Positions 31,336-41,575 of a DNA stretch of 64,000 bases are shown piece after piece. The position numbers and the translations under genes are program-made. The notes beneath the pieces are model-generated. The model did not search any database. It was not told the origin of the DNA and was given only the letters and a program-made list of their open reading frames with translations. The stretch is from Polyangia bacterium (GTDB lineage Bacteria; Myxococcota_A; Polyangia; Fen-1088): assembly GCA_035548155.1 (NCBI GenBank), contig DASZUD010000022.1, positions 23,399 to 87,398 of the forward strand, in the 5' to 3' direction. Position 1 is the stretch's first letter, and the number at the start of each line of letters is the position of its first letter.

Positions 31336-33162
31336 TCATTCGGCGCCGGCGGCGACGCGGGGCTCGTCGCCCGCGCGCAGGCGCACGGCGCAGCGCTGGT
31401 GCAGCGCCAGGTTGAAGGCGCTGTTGACCAGCGCGAGGTGCGTGAAGGCCTGCGGCATGTTGCCGGCGAGGCAGCGACGGCGCGTGTCCCACTCCTCCGA
31501 GAGCAGGCCCACGTCGTTGCGCAGCGACAGCAGCCGGTTGAACAATCGCTGCGCCTCGTCGTTGCGGCCCAGCTTCACGAGCGCGTCGACCATCCAGAAG
31601 CTGCACGGCAGGAAGACGCCCTCGCCCTGCGGCAGCCCGTCGATCTCGCCGTGTGGGTCCGTGCGGTACCGCAGGACCAGGCCGTCCACGACGAGCTCGC
31701 GCTCGATCGCGGCCACCGTGCCCAGCACGCGCGGATCGCTGGGCGGCAGAAAGCCGACCAGCGGGATGAGAAGCAGGCTCGCGTCCAGCTCGGGGCTCCC
31801 GTAGGACTGCGTGAAGGTGTTCTGCGCGGCGTCGAAGCCTTCGCGGCACACCTCTTCGTGGATCTCCTTGCGGACCTGCTTCCAGCGCGCGCTCGGCCCC
31901 TCCATCCCGAAGAGGTCGACGGACTTGACGCCGCGATCGAACGCGACCCAAGCCATGACCTTCGAGTGCGTGAAGTGCCGCGCGGGGCCGCGCGTCTCCC
32001 AGATGCCGTGGTCGGGTTCGCGCCAGCGCGTCTCCAGCGCCTCCAGCACGTTGCGCTCGAGCCTCCACGCCCACGGGTCCGCCTCGATCCCGAAGGCGCG
32101 CGCCTGGTAGAAGCAATCGATGAGCTCGCCGTAGACGTCGAGCTGCAACTGCCCCGAGGCGGCGTTGCCCACGCGCACGGGCCTCGCCCCGCGATATCCG
32201 TCCAGCCACGGCAGCTCGTACTCGTCGAGCCGCCGCTCGCCGCCGACGCCGTACATGATCTGCAGGCGGCTGGGATCGCCGGCGGCCGAGCGAAGCAGCC
32301 ACTCGCGCCACGCGATCGCCTCTTCGGTGTAGCCGCCCATCATGAGCGCGTAGAGCGTGAGCGTCGCGTCGCGGAGCCAGCAGTACCGGTAGTCCCAGTT
32401 GCGGACGCCGCCCGGCTGTTCCGGCAGCGACGTCGTGGGCGCGGCCACCATGCCGCCCGTGGGCTCGTACGTGAGCCCCTTCAGCACGGCCAGCGACGTC
32501 ACGACGGCCTCACGCGCCGGTCCTTCGTAGCGGCACCTGCTGGCCCAATCCCGCCACCACGTGTCGGTCTCCAGGAGGGACAGCAGCGGGTCGCACGGCG
32601 GCGGCACCGGCTCGTGCGACGGGAACCAGGTCAGCACCAGCACGCGGCGCTCGCCCGCGCCGATCGTGAACCGGCCCTTCGTCGACATGTCCTCCCCGTG
32701 CAGCTCGACGTCGCCGCGAATGCAGAGGGCGTCCGGGCCGGCCGTCGCCGTGAGGGCGTCGCCCTGGCGGCGCACCCAGGGCACCGTCTGGCCGTAGTCG
32801 AAGCGGATGACCAGGTCCGTCTCCATCTCGACGCGGCCGCGCACGCCCTCGATGACGCGCACGAGATCGGGCACGCGGCCCCGGACCGGCATGAAGTCGA
32901 CCAGCCGGACGACGCCGTCTTCGGTCTCGAGCTCCGTCTCGAGCACCAGGGTGCCCGGACGATAGCGCCGGCGGCGGGCGATCACGCGCGCGGTCGGCGC
33001 CAGCGCCCAGCGGCCGTTCGAACGATCGCCGAGGATCGCCGCGAAGCAGGCGGCCGAGTCGAAGCGCGGGAACGGCAGCCAGTCGACGGAGCCGTCGGCG
33101 CCGATCAGGGCGGCCGTCTGGGTGTCGCCGACGAGGGCGTAGTCCTGGATTTCGAGCGACAT
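31336..33162 (-). CDS. Glycoside hydrolase family 15 (glucoamylase/trehalase-like)
   Basis: 608 aa with GH15 (alpha/alpha)6 catalytic-domain motifs WDYRYCWLRDA and PQGEGVFLPCSFW. Confidence 0.8.
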   Translation of the reverse strand: MSLEIQDYALVGDTQTAALIGADGSVDWLPFPRFDSAACFAAILGDRSNGRWALAPTARVIARRRRYRPGTLVLETELETEDGVVRLVDFMPVRGRVPDLVRVIEGVRGRVEMETDLVIRFDYGQTVPWVRRQGDALTATAGPDALCIRGDVELHGEDMSTKGRFTIGAGERRVLVLTWFPSHEPVPPPCDPLLSLLETDTWWRDWASRCRYEGPAREAVVTSLAVLKGLTYEPTGGMVAAPTTSLPEQPGGVRNWDYRYCWLRDATLTLYALMMGGYTEEAIAWREWLLRSAAGDPSRLQIMYGVGGERRLDEYELPWLDGYRGARPVRVGNAASGQLQLDVYGELIDCFYQARAFGIEADPWAWRLERNVLEALETRWREPDHGIWETRGPARHFTHSKVMAWVAFDRGVKSVDLFGMEGPSARWKQVRKEIHEEVCREGFDAAQNTFTQSYGSPELDASLLLIPLVGFLPPSDPRVLGTVAAIERELVVDGLVLRYRTDPHGEIDGLPQGEGVFLPCSFWMVDALVKLGRNDEAQRLFNRLLSLRNDVGLLSEEWDTRRRCLAGNMPQAFTHLALVNSAFNLALHQRCAVRLRAGDEPRVAAGAE

Positions 33163-33243
33163 GGTCGCTCCTTCATCTCTAATTCGCCCGGCGCGTCTGT
33201 AAAGCCGTTGCGCGCGCGACGCCCGTCGTCTCCGTCTCCTCCC

Positions 33244-34173
33244 TCATCTGGGCCAGAGCGTGACGACGTGACGCCGGTAGTCGAGCTGGACGACGAAGCG
33301 CGTGAGGTACGAGCCGCCGAGGAGCCCGTCGACGGTGTGCCCGATCTCCCGCGCGAGCGAGTCGAGCGCGAAGGGCGAGCGCACGGCGCCCACCTCCTTC
33401 TGCTCGGCGTCGCCCAGCGCCACGCTGGAGAGCACGGTGGTCGGCTGCGTCGTCGTGCCCGTGATCGTGAGGACGCTCGCGGACCCCTGCGGACGGCCGT
33501 CGGCGACGATCGCGTCGAAGAGCTCCGCCGACAGCAGCACCTGGCTCGAGCCCGTGTCGAGCACGAACGGGTGAACGCTCCCTTCGATCGCGACGTCGAC
33601 GGCGATTCGCGTCGCGGGCACGTTGACGTTGGCGCCGCCCGAGACGATGACGTGGCCGCCTCCGAGCAGATCGAACGAGGAGGTGGACGGCGCGCCCAGG
33701 CTCTGCGTCTCCGGCTGGACGTCGAAGCCGACCGTGCCCGTGGCGTAGTCGATCGTGACCGAGAAGTTGCCCAGGACGTCGCCGCCGAGCAGGCCCGCGG
33801 GCGTCGTCTCGCTGCACATCATCACGCCGCACGGGCTGGTCGACAGGATCGCGACGTTCATGAGGTGAAGACCGCCGACGTCGACCGCAGCGGCCGTCCC
33901 CACGCCGCTCGGCAAGCCCAGCGACGCGAAGCGGTTCGGATCCACCAGCGTCAGGGGCGAGCCCGTGTCGACGATGAACGACATCGCAGGCGTCCCTTCG
34001 ATCGAGACGGGCAGCGTGACCAGATTGCCCATCGTCACGCCTTGCACCACCTGACCTGCGCCTCCGTCGGCCGGGAGCACCGCGGGCGTCGTATCGAGAC
34101 CGTCCCCTCCACCACATCCCGCCGCCACCAGGAAGCTGACCCCTGCGGCGAACACGACACGACGGAGGCGCAT
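33244..34173 (-). CDS. Pepsin-like bilobal aspartic protease lipoprotein
   Basis: Lipobox LVAAGCGG. Two DTGS active-site motifs (FIVDTGSPLTLV and FVLDTGSSQVLL) within a single 309-aa chain. Confidence 0.55.
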   Translation of the reverse strand: MRLRRVVFAAGVSFLVAAGCGGGDGLDTTPAVLPADGGAGQVVQGVTMGNLVTLPVSIEGTPAMSFIVDTGSPLTLVDPNRFASLGLPSGVGTAAAVDVGGLHLMNVAILSTSPCGVMMCSETTPAGLLGGDVLGNFSVTIDYATGTVGFDVQPETQSLGAPSTSSFDLLGGGHVIVSGGANVNVPATRIAVDVAIEGSVHPFVLDTGSSQVLLSAELFDAIVADGRPQGSASVLTITGTTTQPTTVLSSVALGDAEQKEVGAVRSPFALDSLAREIGHTVDGLLGGSYLTRFVVQLDYRRHVVTLWPR

Positions 34174-34307
34174 GTGTTGTAAATGCGAACGCCGCCCGAT
34201 CGTCGCAAACGGGAGTGGGACCTGATTCACCCGTCGCTGCGGCGTCGGCGACGCGCGAGATCGACGTCGAGCTCGTGCGGCTCTGTCTCCGGAGTGGCGA
34301 GCGATGG

Positions 34308-34814
34308 CTACTCGCCGCTGGACCAGTGTCCGAGCGGCGCGATCGTGACGCGCTCCGCGATCGACCCGTTGCCGAACAGGTGGACGAACACGCCGAAGGC
34401 GACGCCGACGGTCAGCAGCGCGCCCATGGCGATCATCGTCCTCAGCGGCCGGCGCGAACGAGGTGTCGAGCACCACGCGCAGCGCTGAGCGAACAGGGAC
34501 ACCGGCTTGTAGCAGCCGTGGCAGGTCTTGAATCGGGCCAGCCCCGCGAGCTTCTGCTCCTGCGGCCTCTGGCACACGCGGTCATAGTGTCCGGTCCAAT
34601 CGAAGAGCACGCCCGTCAGCTCGGTCCGCACGGGCGCGTTCGCTCGCTTGGGCGCGCCGCCGGCCCCGCGATGGACATGAACGTGGACCTCGATGTTTTC
34701 GGGGCCCTCGGCCGAGTCATGATCCGGCGCGTCGTTCGACGCGTCGGGCTCGATCGTGGCACGCTGATGGCGGTAACGGCTGATCTGTTTTGCGCGGCGC
34801 GCCGCAGATCTCAC
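34308..34814 (-). CDS. Hypothetical zinc-ribbon / membrane protein
   Basis: Has a CHGC...CAWC motif followed by a hydrophobic helix. It is the only same-strand ORF in the 750-bp gap here. Confidence 0.3.
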   Translation of the reverse strand: MRSAARRAKQISRYRHQRATIEPDASNDAPDHDSAEGPENIEVHVHVHRGAGGAPKRANAPVRTELTGVLFDWTGHYDRVCQRPQEQKLAGLARFKTCHGCYKPVSLFAQRCAWCSTPRSRRPLRTMIAMGALLTVGVAFGVFVHLFGNGSIAERVTIAPLGHWSSGE

Positions 34815-34922
34815 GACAAGCCCCCGAGGTACACGTCCACGGCTCTCCTAGTCCCCGGTGGATCGGTCGGTCGGGTCCAGAACTTGAGAGCTGAACGCGA
34901 TGGCTTCGCGGGCCCGGCGCGG

Positions 34923-35318
34923 TCACTCCCGCATCCACTTCTTCATGAGCGCGCGCGTGCCCATCGTGGCCGCGGCGCTGCCCGCCGCCGCCAGGATCTT
35001 CAGCGCGACGTTCGGCTTCTCCGCCGCGACGCGCTCCGGATGCTTCGCGGCGCGCGTCCACATGTCCTGGAGCCGCCGAACGCGCGAGCGGCGGCGGCGG
35101 TGGTAGTGACGCCAGGTGATCGCGCCGCCGATCGACAGCGCCACCATGCCCGCCGCGATCGCGATCACCGGCGTGCGCAGTCTGCGGCCGCGGCGCTCGA
35201 GCTCGACCACGAGATCGCCGAGGCGCGCCCGAGCGACGTCGACCTCGTGCTCGAGCCGCTCCGACTCGCGTTCGGGGCTGGCCGAGCGCGTCTCTAGCTC
35301 ACGCGTTCCTTCGTCCAT
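34923..35318 (-). CDS. DUF3618-like protein
   Basis: Begins MDEGTRELE, then a helical stretch and a transmembrane segment. Only the C-terminal 131 aa of the long 291-aa ORF look like real coding sequence. Confidence 0.45.
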   Translation of the reverse strand: MDEGTRELETRSASPERESERLEHEVDVARARLGDLVVELERRGRRLRTPVIAIAAGMVALSIGGAITWRHYHRRRRSRVRRLQDMWTRAAKHPERVAAEKPNVALKILAAAGSAAATMGTRALMKKWMRE

Positions 35319-35779
35319 TTGACGTCCTCCTCGAGCTCGTGGCGCGTCCGCACCAGCGGCCGCCGCACCCGCTTGCGCCAGCCGACCGCGCCCACGATCG
35401 CCGCCGTGGCGAGGACCACGCCGCTGACGATGAGCCCCGCGGCCCAGCCCGGAAGGACCGTCGCCAGCGCCAAGATCGCCGTCACCAGCAGCAGGTTGAC
35501 CCCGATGAGCGCCGCCACCGCGCCTATGCCGAGCCCTGCGGCCGTCTTCGCCTCCGCGGCGACGTTGGCGCGCACCTCGACGCGGGCGAGCGCGATCTGC
35601 GCCTTCACGAGGTGCTGAATCTCGCGGGCGATCTCCTTGATCAACACGCCGCCCGACAGCGCCTCCAGGTTGGCGGTGGCGTTGGCCCCAGACGTGGCCA
35701 TGGGCGCGGTCGCCTTGGGGATCGGCACTCCCTCTCCGTTCATCCGCATCGTCCCCCTCCTCTCCGCGAGATCCTTCAA
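35294..35779 (-). CDS. Phage-holin-family-like membrane protein
   Basis: Two transmembrane helices (GLGIGAVAALIGVNLLLVTAILALA... and GLIVSGVVLATAAIVGAV). It overlaps the DUF3618 gene by 25 nt. Confidence 0.45.
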   Translation of the reverse strand: MKDLAERRGTMRMNGEGVPIPKATAPMATSGANATANLEALSGGVLIKEIAREIQHLVKAQIALARVEVRANVAAEAKTAAGLGIGAVAALIGVNLLLVTAILALATVLPGWAAGLIVSGVVLATAAIVGAVGWRKRVRRPLVRTRHELEEDVKWTKERVS

Positions 35780-35918
35780 TACAGATCTGCGTCTCCACGG
35801 GCGTGAGGAAAGCCCTGGCCCGCGGGCGAGGCCTGAAAAATGGGACCAGGGGCGCGCCGCGGCGGGTGGCGGATCTTCTCCCGCGGCTCGCCCCCAGTCC
35901 CGAGGATCGTTGTGCGCG

Positions 35919-36764
35919 TCAGTCCAGCGCGCGCGACGGGGTGGCGCCTTCTCCCTCGGAGAGGACGGCCTGCAGCGCCGCCAGCGCGTCCAGCGCCTCG
36001 GCGGCGTCCGAGCGGGCGACGCGCGCGCGATCGTCGCAGGCCTCGATGCGCCGCGCTTGCAAGCGGATCAGATCGACGGGGACCTGCTCGAGCGCGCCGA
36101 CGATCTCCTCGACGGCGCCCAGCAGGCGCAGGGCCTCGACCTGCAGGGCGAGGAGGCTGTCGAGGCGCTCTTGGCAGCGCGCGGCCGCCCGCCCGAAGGC
36201 CGCGCGCGCTCTCGGATCGTCGATGGCGCCGCGCGCACGAAGCCGGTCGATCTGACCGTGGAGCTCACCCACGGGGTGCGCGTCGATGAACCGAGTGAGC
36301 GAGTCGAAGCGCGCCAGCAGCACCACGGCGTCGCGCTCGACCCGCGGCACGCGCGCCAGCGGCTTCGCGACGTCGAAGGCCGGCCCCTCGGGTCCCGCGA
36401 GCAGCGCCCGCGCCGTGCCCCGGCGCGCGAGCACGAGCCGCGTCGCGAGAGACTTGGCCCGCGCATCGTAGAACGAAGAAGGATCGGGCAAGCGGCTCAG
36501 CGGCGCCTCCGCGCCGGCCCACGCTGCCCGCCGAGCGGCCCCGTCGAACAGCGCCGCCGCGAACACCGCCGTGAAGACCAGCGGCACCGCGAGCAGCAGC
36601 GCGGGCAGGCCGGCCGCCATCGCCGACACGACCCCCAGCGCAGCGAGCGCGATCCCCGGACGGTTCGCCGCTGCCGTGTCGAGGCTGGCCGCCAACCACG
36701 ACCGAAGCCCTGCCCCCTGCCCCGCGGTCCCTCCCGACAGATCCCGCCACCTTGCGCTCGCCAT
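35919..36764 (-). CDS. Hypothetical membrane protein
   Basis: Begins MASARW..., with a transmembrane region followed by a long helical domain. The rest of the upstream ORF is frame artefact. Confidence 0.4.
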   Translation of the reverse strand: MASARWRDLSGGTAGQGAGLRSWLAASLDTAAANRPGIALAALGVVSAMAAGLPALLLAVPLVFTAVFAAALFDGAARRAAWAGAEAPLSRLPDPSSFYDARAKSLATRLVLARRGTARALLAGPEGPAFDVAKPLARVPRVERDAVVLLARFDSLTRFIDAHPVGELHGQIDRLRARGAIDDPRARAAFGRAAARCQERLDSLLALQVEALRLLGAVEEIVGALEQVPVDLIRLQARRIEACDDRARVARSDAAEALDALAALQAVLSEGEGATPSRALD

Positions 36765-36896
36765 CCTCTTGCCCTCCGCCTGCACCTGCGCCCGCGCCTC
36801 CTCCAACCATGTGACGAAGGCATCCGCGCGCAATGGCCTCCCGACCCGAGCGCGCCGCGGCCTTGGCCCGTGCGCCCGAGTCACTAGCTTCCACGT

Positions 36897-38474
36897 ATGT
36901 CGAGCCAGTCTGCACGAAGCGCTCGCGTCGGCTTCGTCCTGGTGGCGGCCGCCCTCGCGTGCGGCTGTCACCGCCGGGTCGCGCCTCCGCCGCCTCCGCC
37001 GTCGTCGAAGGCGCCGATCCCGCCGGCGAATCAACGGCAGGTCGAGAGCGTCACCCCGAAGCTCACGCCCTCGCCGCAAGCGACGGCGCTGTCCGAAGCC
37101 TTCGAGGCGGTCGCCAAGGCCATTCGGCCGTCCGTCGTGCGCATCGACGTCGAAGAGGCGCCGAGCGCCGTGATCGGGCAGCCGGACATCGATCCCGATC
37201 TGCCCGACTTCCTCCGCCACTTCTTCCACGAGGCCCCCCAGCAGCTGCCGTCGCCGCGCCGGATCGTGAAGGGGACGGGCGCGGGCGTCGTCGTCGACGC
37301 CGCCGGCGACGTCCTCACGAACAGCCACGTCGTGCGCGGCGCGCGCAAGGTCACGATCCAGCTCCCCGACGGGCGGGCGTTCCCCGCGCGCGTCGTGGGC
37401 GCCGATCCGCTGACCGACGTCGCGGTCGTGCGCTTCGAGCACGCGCCTTCCGGGCTGGTCGCGGCGCGCCTCGGCGACTCGGACAAGCTGCACATCGGGC
37501 AGTGGTCGATCGCCGTCGGCAGCCCGCTCGGCATGGACCAGACGGTCACGGCGGGCATCGTGAGCGCGGTCGGCGAGACGGGCACGCACTTTCGCTTCGA
37601 GTCGGGCGAGCGCGTGCGCAAGTACATCCAGACCGACGCCAAGATCAACCCGGGGAACTCGGGCGGCCCGCTGGTGAACCTCGAGGGCGAGGTCGTGGCG
37701 ATCAACACACTGATCAACGTCGGGCCCGGCGGCAGCTACGGGTTCGCGATCCCCGTGAACCAGGCCTGGCAGGTGGCCGGCGTGCTCATCAAGGAGGGGC
37801 GCGTCCGGTACCCGTTCATCGGCGTCAGCGTGATGACGCTGAGCGAGCCGCTGCGCGCGCAGCTGCTGCAGCAGGCGCCCAACCTGAGCGGCAACCTCCC
37901 CAAGGACGGAGCGCTCGTGGGCGGCGTCACCGTCGACGGGCCCGCGGCCAGCGCGGGCCTTCAGGTGGGCGACATCATCACGCGCATCGACGGCCGCGCG
38001 GTGAAGAGCGCCGACGAGCTGGTGGCGGATCTCTCCGAACACCACATCGGCACGACGGTGCACCTCGATTACTGGCGCGACGGCTCGATTCGCCCCGTCG
38101 ACCTGAAGGTCGGCGAGTACCCGACCGAGCAGCCTCAGCCGTCGACGGCAGCGCCGCCGCCGTCAGGCCAGCTGCCCGCCCCGCCGTCCGGCCCGGCGCA
38201 CCTCGGCGTCGCGTTGCAGACGCTGACGCCGCCGCTCGCGCGCGCTCTCGACCTCGACCCCAAGCTGCGGGGCGCGCTGATCACGGAGGTGCTTCCCGGC
38301 ACGCCAGCCGAGCGCGCGGGCCTGAGCGTCGGCGACGTCATCCGCGAGGTCGACGGCAAGCCCGTGCGCACGGGCGACGAGGCGGTCGAGGTGATGCGCA
38401 GTCGAAAGGGCGTGCACCTGCTGCGCGTGACGAACGCGCTCGGCACGCGCTTCGTCTCTGTGTTGCCCCAGTGA
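36897..38474 (+). CDS. HtrA/DegP-family serine protease with two PDZ domains (lipoprotein)
   Basis: His/Asp/Ser triad context (TNSHVV, GNSGGPLVN), two PDZ segments, and lipobox LACGC. Confidence 0.85.
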   Translation: MSSQSARSARVGFVLVAAALACGCHRRVAPPPPPPSSKAPIPPANQRQVESVTPKLTPSPQATALSEAFEAVAKAIRPSVVRIDVEEAPSAVIGQPDIDPDLPDFLRHFFHEAPQQLPSPRRIVKGTGAGVVVDAAGDVLTNSHVVRGARKVTIQLPDGRAFPARVVGADPLTDVAVVRFEHAPSGLVAARLGDSDKLHIGQWSIAVGSPLGMDQTVTAGIVSAVGETGTHFRFESGERVRKYIQTDAKINPGNSGGPLVNLEGEVVAINTLINVGPGGSYGFAIPVNQAWQVAGVLIKEGRVRYPFIGVSVMTLSEPLRAQLLQQAPNLSGNLPKDGALVGGVTVDGPAASAGLQVGDIITRIDGRAVKSADELVADLSEHHIGTTVHLDYWRDGSIRPVDLKVGEYPTEQPQPSTAAPPPSGQLPAPPSGPAHLGVALQTLTPPLARALDLDPKLRGALITEVLPGTPAERAGLSVGDVIREVDGKPVRTGDEAVEVMRSRKGVHLLRVTNALGTRFVSVLPQ

Positions 38475-38475
38475 C

Positions 38476-39270
38476 TCAGCGCCGGGGAGCCGCGGGCTTG
38501 GCGACCGGGCGCGCCTCGGCGTGCACGCCGCTCACCAGGCGGCGGCCCGGGTTCGGGACCTCGGCGGTGACCTGCACCTGGCCCGTCCCCGGGTCCACCG
38601 TCGGCGAGATCTCCGTGATCGTGCCGCGGAACGTGCCCGCGTAGCCGGCCACCGAGACGTCGACCGGCTGCCCCACCTTCAGCGCGCCCACCTCGTCGGG
38701 CGCGACGGCCGCGGCCAGGATCATCGTCGACGTGTCCACGAGCGTGGCCACGGCGGCGTCTGCCGCCACGGTGTCACCGGGCTCGACGTTGCGCTCGCCG
38801 ATGACGCCGTCGAACGGCGCACGAACCTCGAGCTTGGCCATGGCGCGCTCGACGGTCTCGAGCCGCGACCGCGCCTGGGCCACCGCGTCTCGCGTCGACG
38901 CGAGCAGGGCGCGCGAGCGATCGACGTCCGAGTCCAGCAGCTCGCGCCGAGCCGCGCGCGCCTGCACGTCCGCGAGCGACGCCTTCGCCATCTCCTCGGC
39001 GCGGACGGCCGCCGCGACCGACGCGCGCGCCTCGCCCACGGCTTCGTCGAAGGTCGGATCCTGCACGCGCGCCACCGGCGCGCCCCGCTTGACGGGCTGC
39101 CCGACGTCGGCGGTGACGGCGGCCACCATTCCGGAGACCGGCGCCCGCAGCGTCGCCGACCGTCCGGGCTGCAACGTGCCCGAGATCGCGGGTACGGCCA
39201 AGGCCGGCGCCGCCGCGCCGACGAGGAGCGCCGTCAACGCCCACCGGATCAACCGACGCTCGTGCCGCAT
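38476..39270 (-). CDS. HlyD-family / RND membrane-fusion-like periplasmic adaptor (short)
   Basis: Signal peptide, a coiled-coil region and a beta-barrel-like C-terminus. Confidence 0.5.
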   Translation of the reverse strand: MRHERRLIRWALTALLVGAAAPALAVPAISGTLQPGRSATLRAPVSGMVAAVTADVGQPVKRGAPVARVQDPTFDEAVGEARASVAAAVRAEEMAKASLADVQARAARRELLDSDVDRSRALLASTRDAVAQARSRLETVERAMAKLEVRAPFDGVIGERNVEPGDTVAADAAVATLVDTSTMILAAAVAPDEVGALKVGQPVDVSVAGYAGTFRGTITEISPTVDPGTGQVQVTAEVPNPGRRLVSGVHAEARPVAKPAAPRR

Positions 39271-39279
39271 GTCGCCCCC

Positions 39280-40302
39280 CTAGGACAAGGCCCGCCGCGC
39301 GGGCCGCCACGCGAGCGCGCCCGCGATCGAGGCCGCGGCCAAGGCCAGCCAACCTTTGTGCGTCCGCGTCCACAACCTGCTGCTGAAGCGGCGCGCCCGC
39401 GCGTCGAAGGGCCCGTGCGCGCCGGGATCCCCGGGCAAGGGCGCGTCGAGGTTGTCCTCGTCGTGCCGCACCGGGTGCCCCGGCGGAAGCCGCTCGGTCT
39501 CTTGCCCCCGCCACGCGTACCGCGCGAGGTAGCGATCCAGCAAGCCGGGAATGAAGCGCTGCCCGATGATCGCCCGCGCGGCGCTCCACCCGACCCACAG
39601 CTCGCGGCGCGGGTGAAGCACGGCGTCGACGGCGGCGCGCGCGATCACCTCGGGCTGGAAGATGGGCGCGATCGGCTGCGGGTGCAGCGGCATTCGGTTG
39701 CGCACGACCTCGAACTGCGGCGTGTTGACGGCCGGGAGCTGCAGCATCGTGACGGCCACGTGGCTCTGTTCGTGGATGAGCTCGCTGCGCAGCGAGTCGG
39801 TGAAGCCGCGGATCGCCGCCTTCGACGCGCAGTACGCGCTCTGCAGCGGGATGGACCGATAGGCGAGCGCCGAGCCGATCTGCATGATGAGCCCGCGATC
39901 GCGCGGCCGCATGTGCCGGAGCGCCGCGAGCGTGCCGTGGACGTAGCCCAAATAGTTCACGTCCATCACGCGGCGGAACTCGTCGGCCGTCATCTCGCTG
40001 ATCGGTGAGATGACGGAGACCATGGCGTCGTTGACCCACACGTCGATGCCGCCCCACTCCCGGGCGACCTGATCCGCGGCGTCGTCGACCGCGCGCGCGT
40101 TCGAGACGTCGATCGGGAGGATCAGCGCGCGGCCGCCGCGCTCGCGGACCTCGACGGCGGCGTTCTCGAGGGCCTCGGCGGCGCGCGCGATGAGCGCGAC
40201 GTCGGCGCCTTCGTCCGCAAAGGCACGCGCGACGGCCCGCCCCACGCCGCTCGAAGCCCCCGTGACGACGGCAACCTTCCCGCTCAACCGGCGCTTCGCC
40301 AT
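39280..40302 (-). CDS. SDR-family oxidoreductase with a C-terminal membrane anchor
   Basis: Has TGASSGVG and the YCASK catalytic motif. A GGAAGGTGA ribosome-binding site lies upstream. Confidence 0.75.
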   Translation of the reverse strand: MAKRRLSGKVAVVTGASSGVGRAVARAFADEGADVALIARAAEALENAAVEVRERGGRALILPIDVSNARAVDDAADQVAREWGGIDVWVNDAMVSVISPISEMTADEFRRVMDVNYLGYVHGTLAALRHMRPRDRGLIMQIGSALAYRSIPLQSAYCASKAAIRGFTDSLRSELIHEQSHVAVTMLQLPAVNTPQFEVVRNRMPLHPQPIAPIFQPEVIARAAVDAVLHPRRELWVGWSAARAIIGQRFIPGLLDRYLARYAWRGQETERLPPGHPVRHDEDNLDAPLPGDPGAHGPFDARARRFSSRLWTRTHKGWLALAAASIAGALAWRPARRALS

Positions 40303-40366
40303 GCATTCACCTTCCGTTCCCAACATGGCCATCCTGGGCCAGCTCGAAAAGAAGGTGGTCCTATGG

Positions 40367-40807
40367 TCAGCCCACGAGCTCGGCGCCGAGCGCGAACGCG
40401 AGCGTGTGGGCGCCCAGCATGGCCGCCTGCCCACGGGGCCAGCGCCGCACGGGCGGCGTCGCGCCCGTCGCCGGCAAGGCCAGCAGCTCGCCGAGATAGA
40501 TCATCGCGCCGAAGGACAGCGCGCGCCCGAGCCCGGGCCTGCGCCCGCCCGGAACCCACCGGCGCGCGAGGGCGAGCGCCGGCCCATAGGCCCAGCGCAA
40601 GGCAGAGCCGAGCCGGCGCGCGCCGCGTGAGCTCACCGCGAGGCCGCCTCGGCGCGCGAGCCGCGTGGCCACGCGACCGGCCGCGTACACCGGCTCGCGC
40701 CCGGCGAGGAGGTGCTCGACGCGCTCTCCGACCGCGAGGGCCGCGACGCCGCACACCCCCGCGACGAGCGCGCGACCGAGCGAAGCTTTCCCCTGATTCC
40801 GGGCCAT
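40367..40807 (-). CDS. Hypothetical small membrane protein
   Basis: 146-aa ORF with hydrophobic segments. Confidence 0.3.
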   Translation of the reverse strand: MARNQGKASLGRALVAGVCGVAALAVGERVEHLLAGREPVYAAGRVATRLARRGGLAVSSRGARRLGSALRWAYGPALALARRWVPGGRRPGLGRALSFGAMIYLGELLALPATGATPPVRRWPRGQAAMLGAHTLAFALGAELVG

Positions 40808-40855
40808 CGCCTTCCCAAGCTGGGTCGGCGCGCGGCCCGGAGCAACGTCAGGCGG

Positions 40856-41575
40856 TCACTGCGGCGGAGCGTCGCCGCCGCCGAGCCCCGGCTGGATCCC
40901 CAGGGTGGGCACGAGCAGCTCGGGCTCGGGGGCGGGCGGCGGCCGGCGGCCGAAGACGCCCAGGTACGAGGCGACGCGCACCATGTCCGCCGCCGAATGG
41001 ACGCCGAGCTTCGCGTTGATGTGGCAGCGGTGCGTCTCGACCGTCTTCACGCTGATTCCCAGCGTCGACGCGATGTCCTTGTTCGAAGCGCCCCACACGA
41101 CCAAGTCGAACACCTCGCGCTCGCGCTGCGACAGGCACGCGATGCTGCCCTTCGGCGGCGCGCCGCTCGCGCCGGCGTGGCTCCGCACGGCGCCGCCCGA
41201 GTCGAGCTGCACGACGGTCTCGCCCGCGAACGCCCGATCGAGCGCGCCCAAGATCCGGGGCACCGGCTGGCTCTTGACGATGTAGCCGGAGGCGCCCGCG
41301 TTCAGCGCCTGCTGCACCACCGCGCGCGACGAGTGGTCGCACGAGATCACCACCCGCGTCGCGGGGATCAGCTTCTTCAAGCCCCCCGTCAGAACGACGC
41401 TGCCCCCCGGCACCTCGAGATCGACGAGCAGGACGTCGGGCGTCGCGCGCGCCACGCGCTCGACCTCCATCCGATCCGACTCTTCGGCCGTCTCGATGTC
41501 GGGCCGCTGCGCGGCGAGAACCGCGCGCAGTCCAATGCGAAAAATCTCCGACCCATCAATGACCATGATCCTCAT
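40856..41575 (-). CDS. LuxR/NarL-family response regulator
   Basis: Receiver domain with a C-terminal LuxR helix-turn-helix (LSQREREVFDLVVWGASNKDIASTLGISVKTVETH). Confidence 0.85.
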   Translation of the reverse strand: MRIMVIDGSEIFRIGLRAVLAAQRPDIETAEESDRMEVERVARATPDVLLVDLEVPGGSVVLTGGLKKLIPATRVVISCDHSSRAVVQQALNAGASGYIVKSQPVPRILGALDRAFAGETVVQLDSGGAVRSHAGASGAPPKGSIACLSQREREVFDLVVWGASNKDIASTLGISVKTVETHRCHINAKLGVHSAADMVRVASYLGVFGRRPPPAPEPELLVPTLGIQPGLGGGDAPPQ

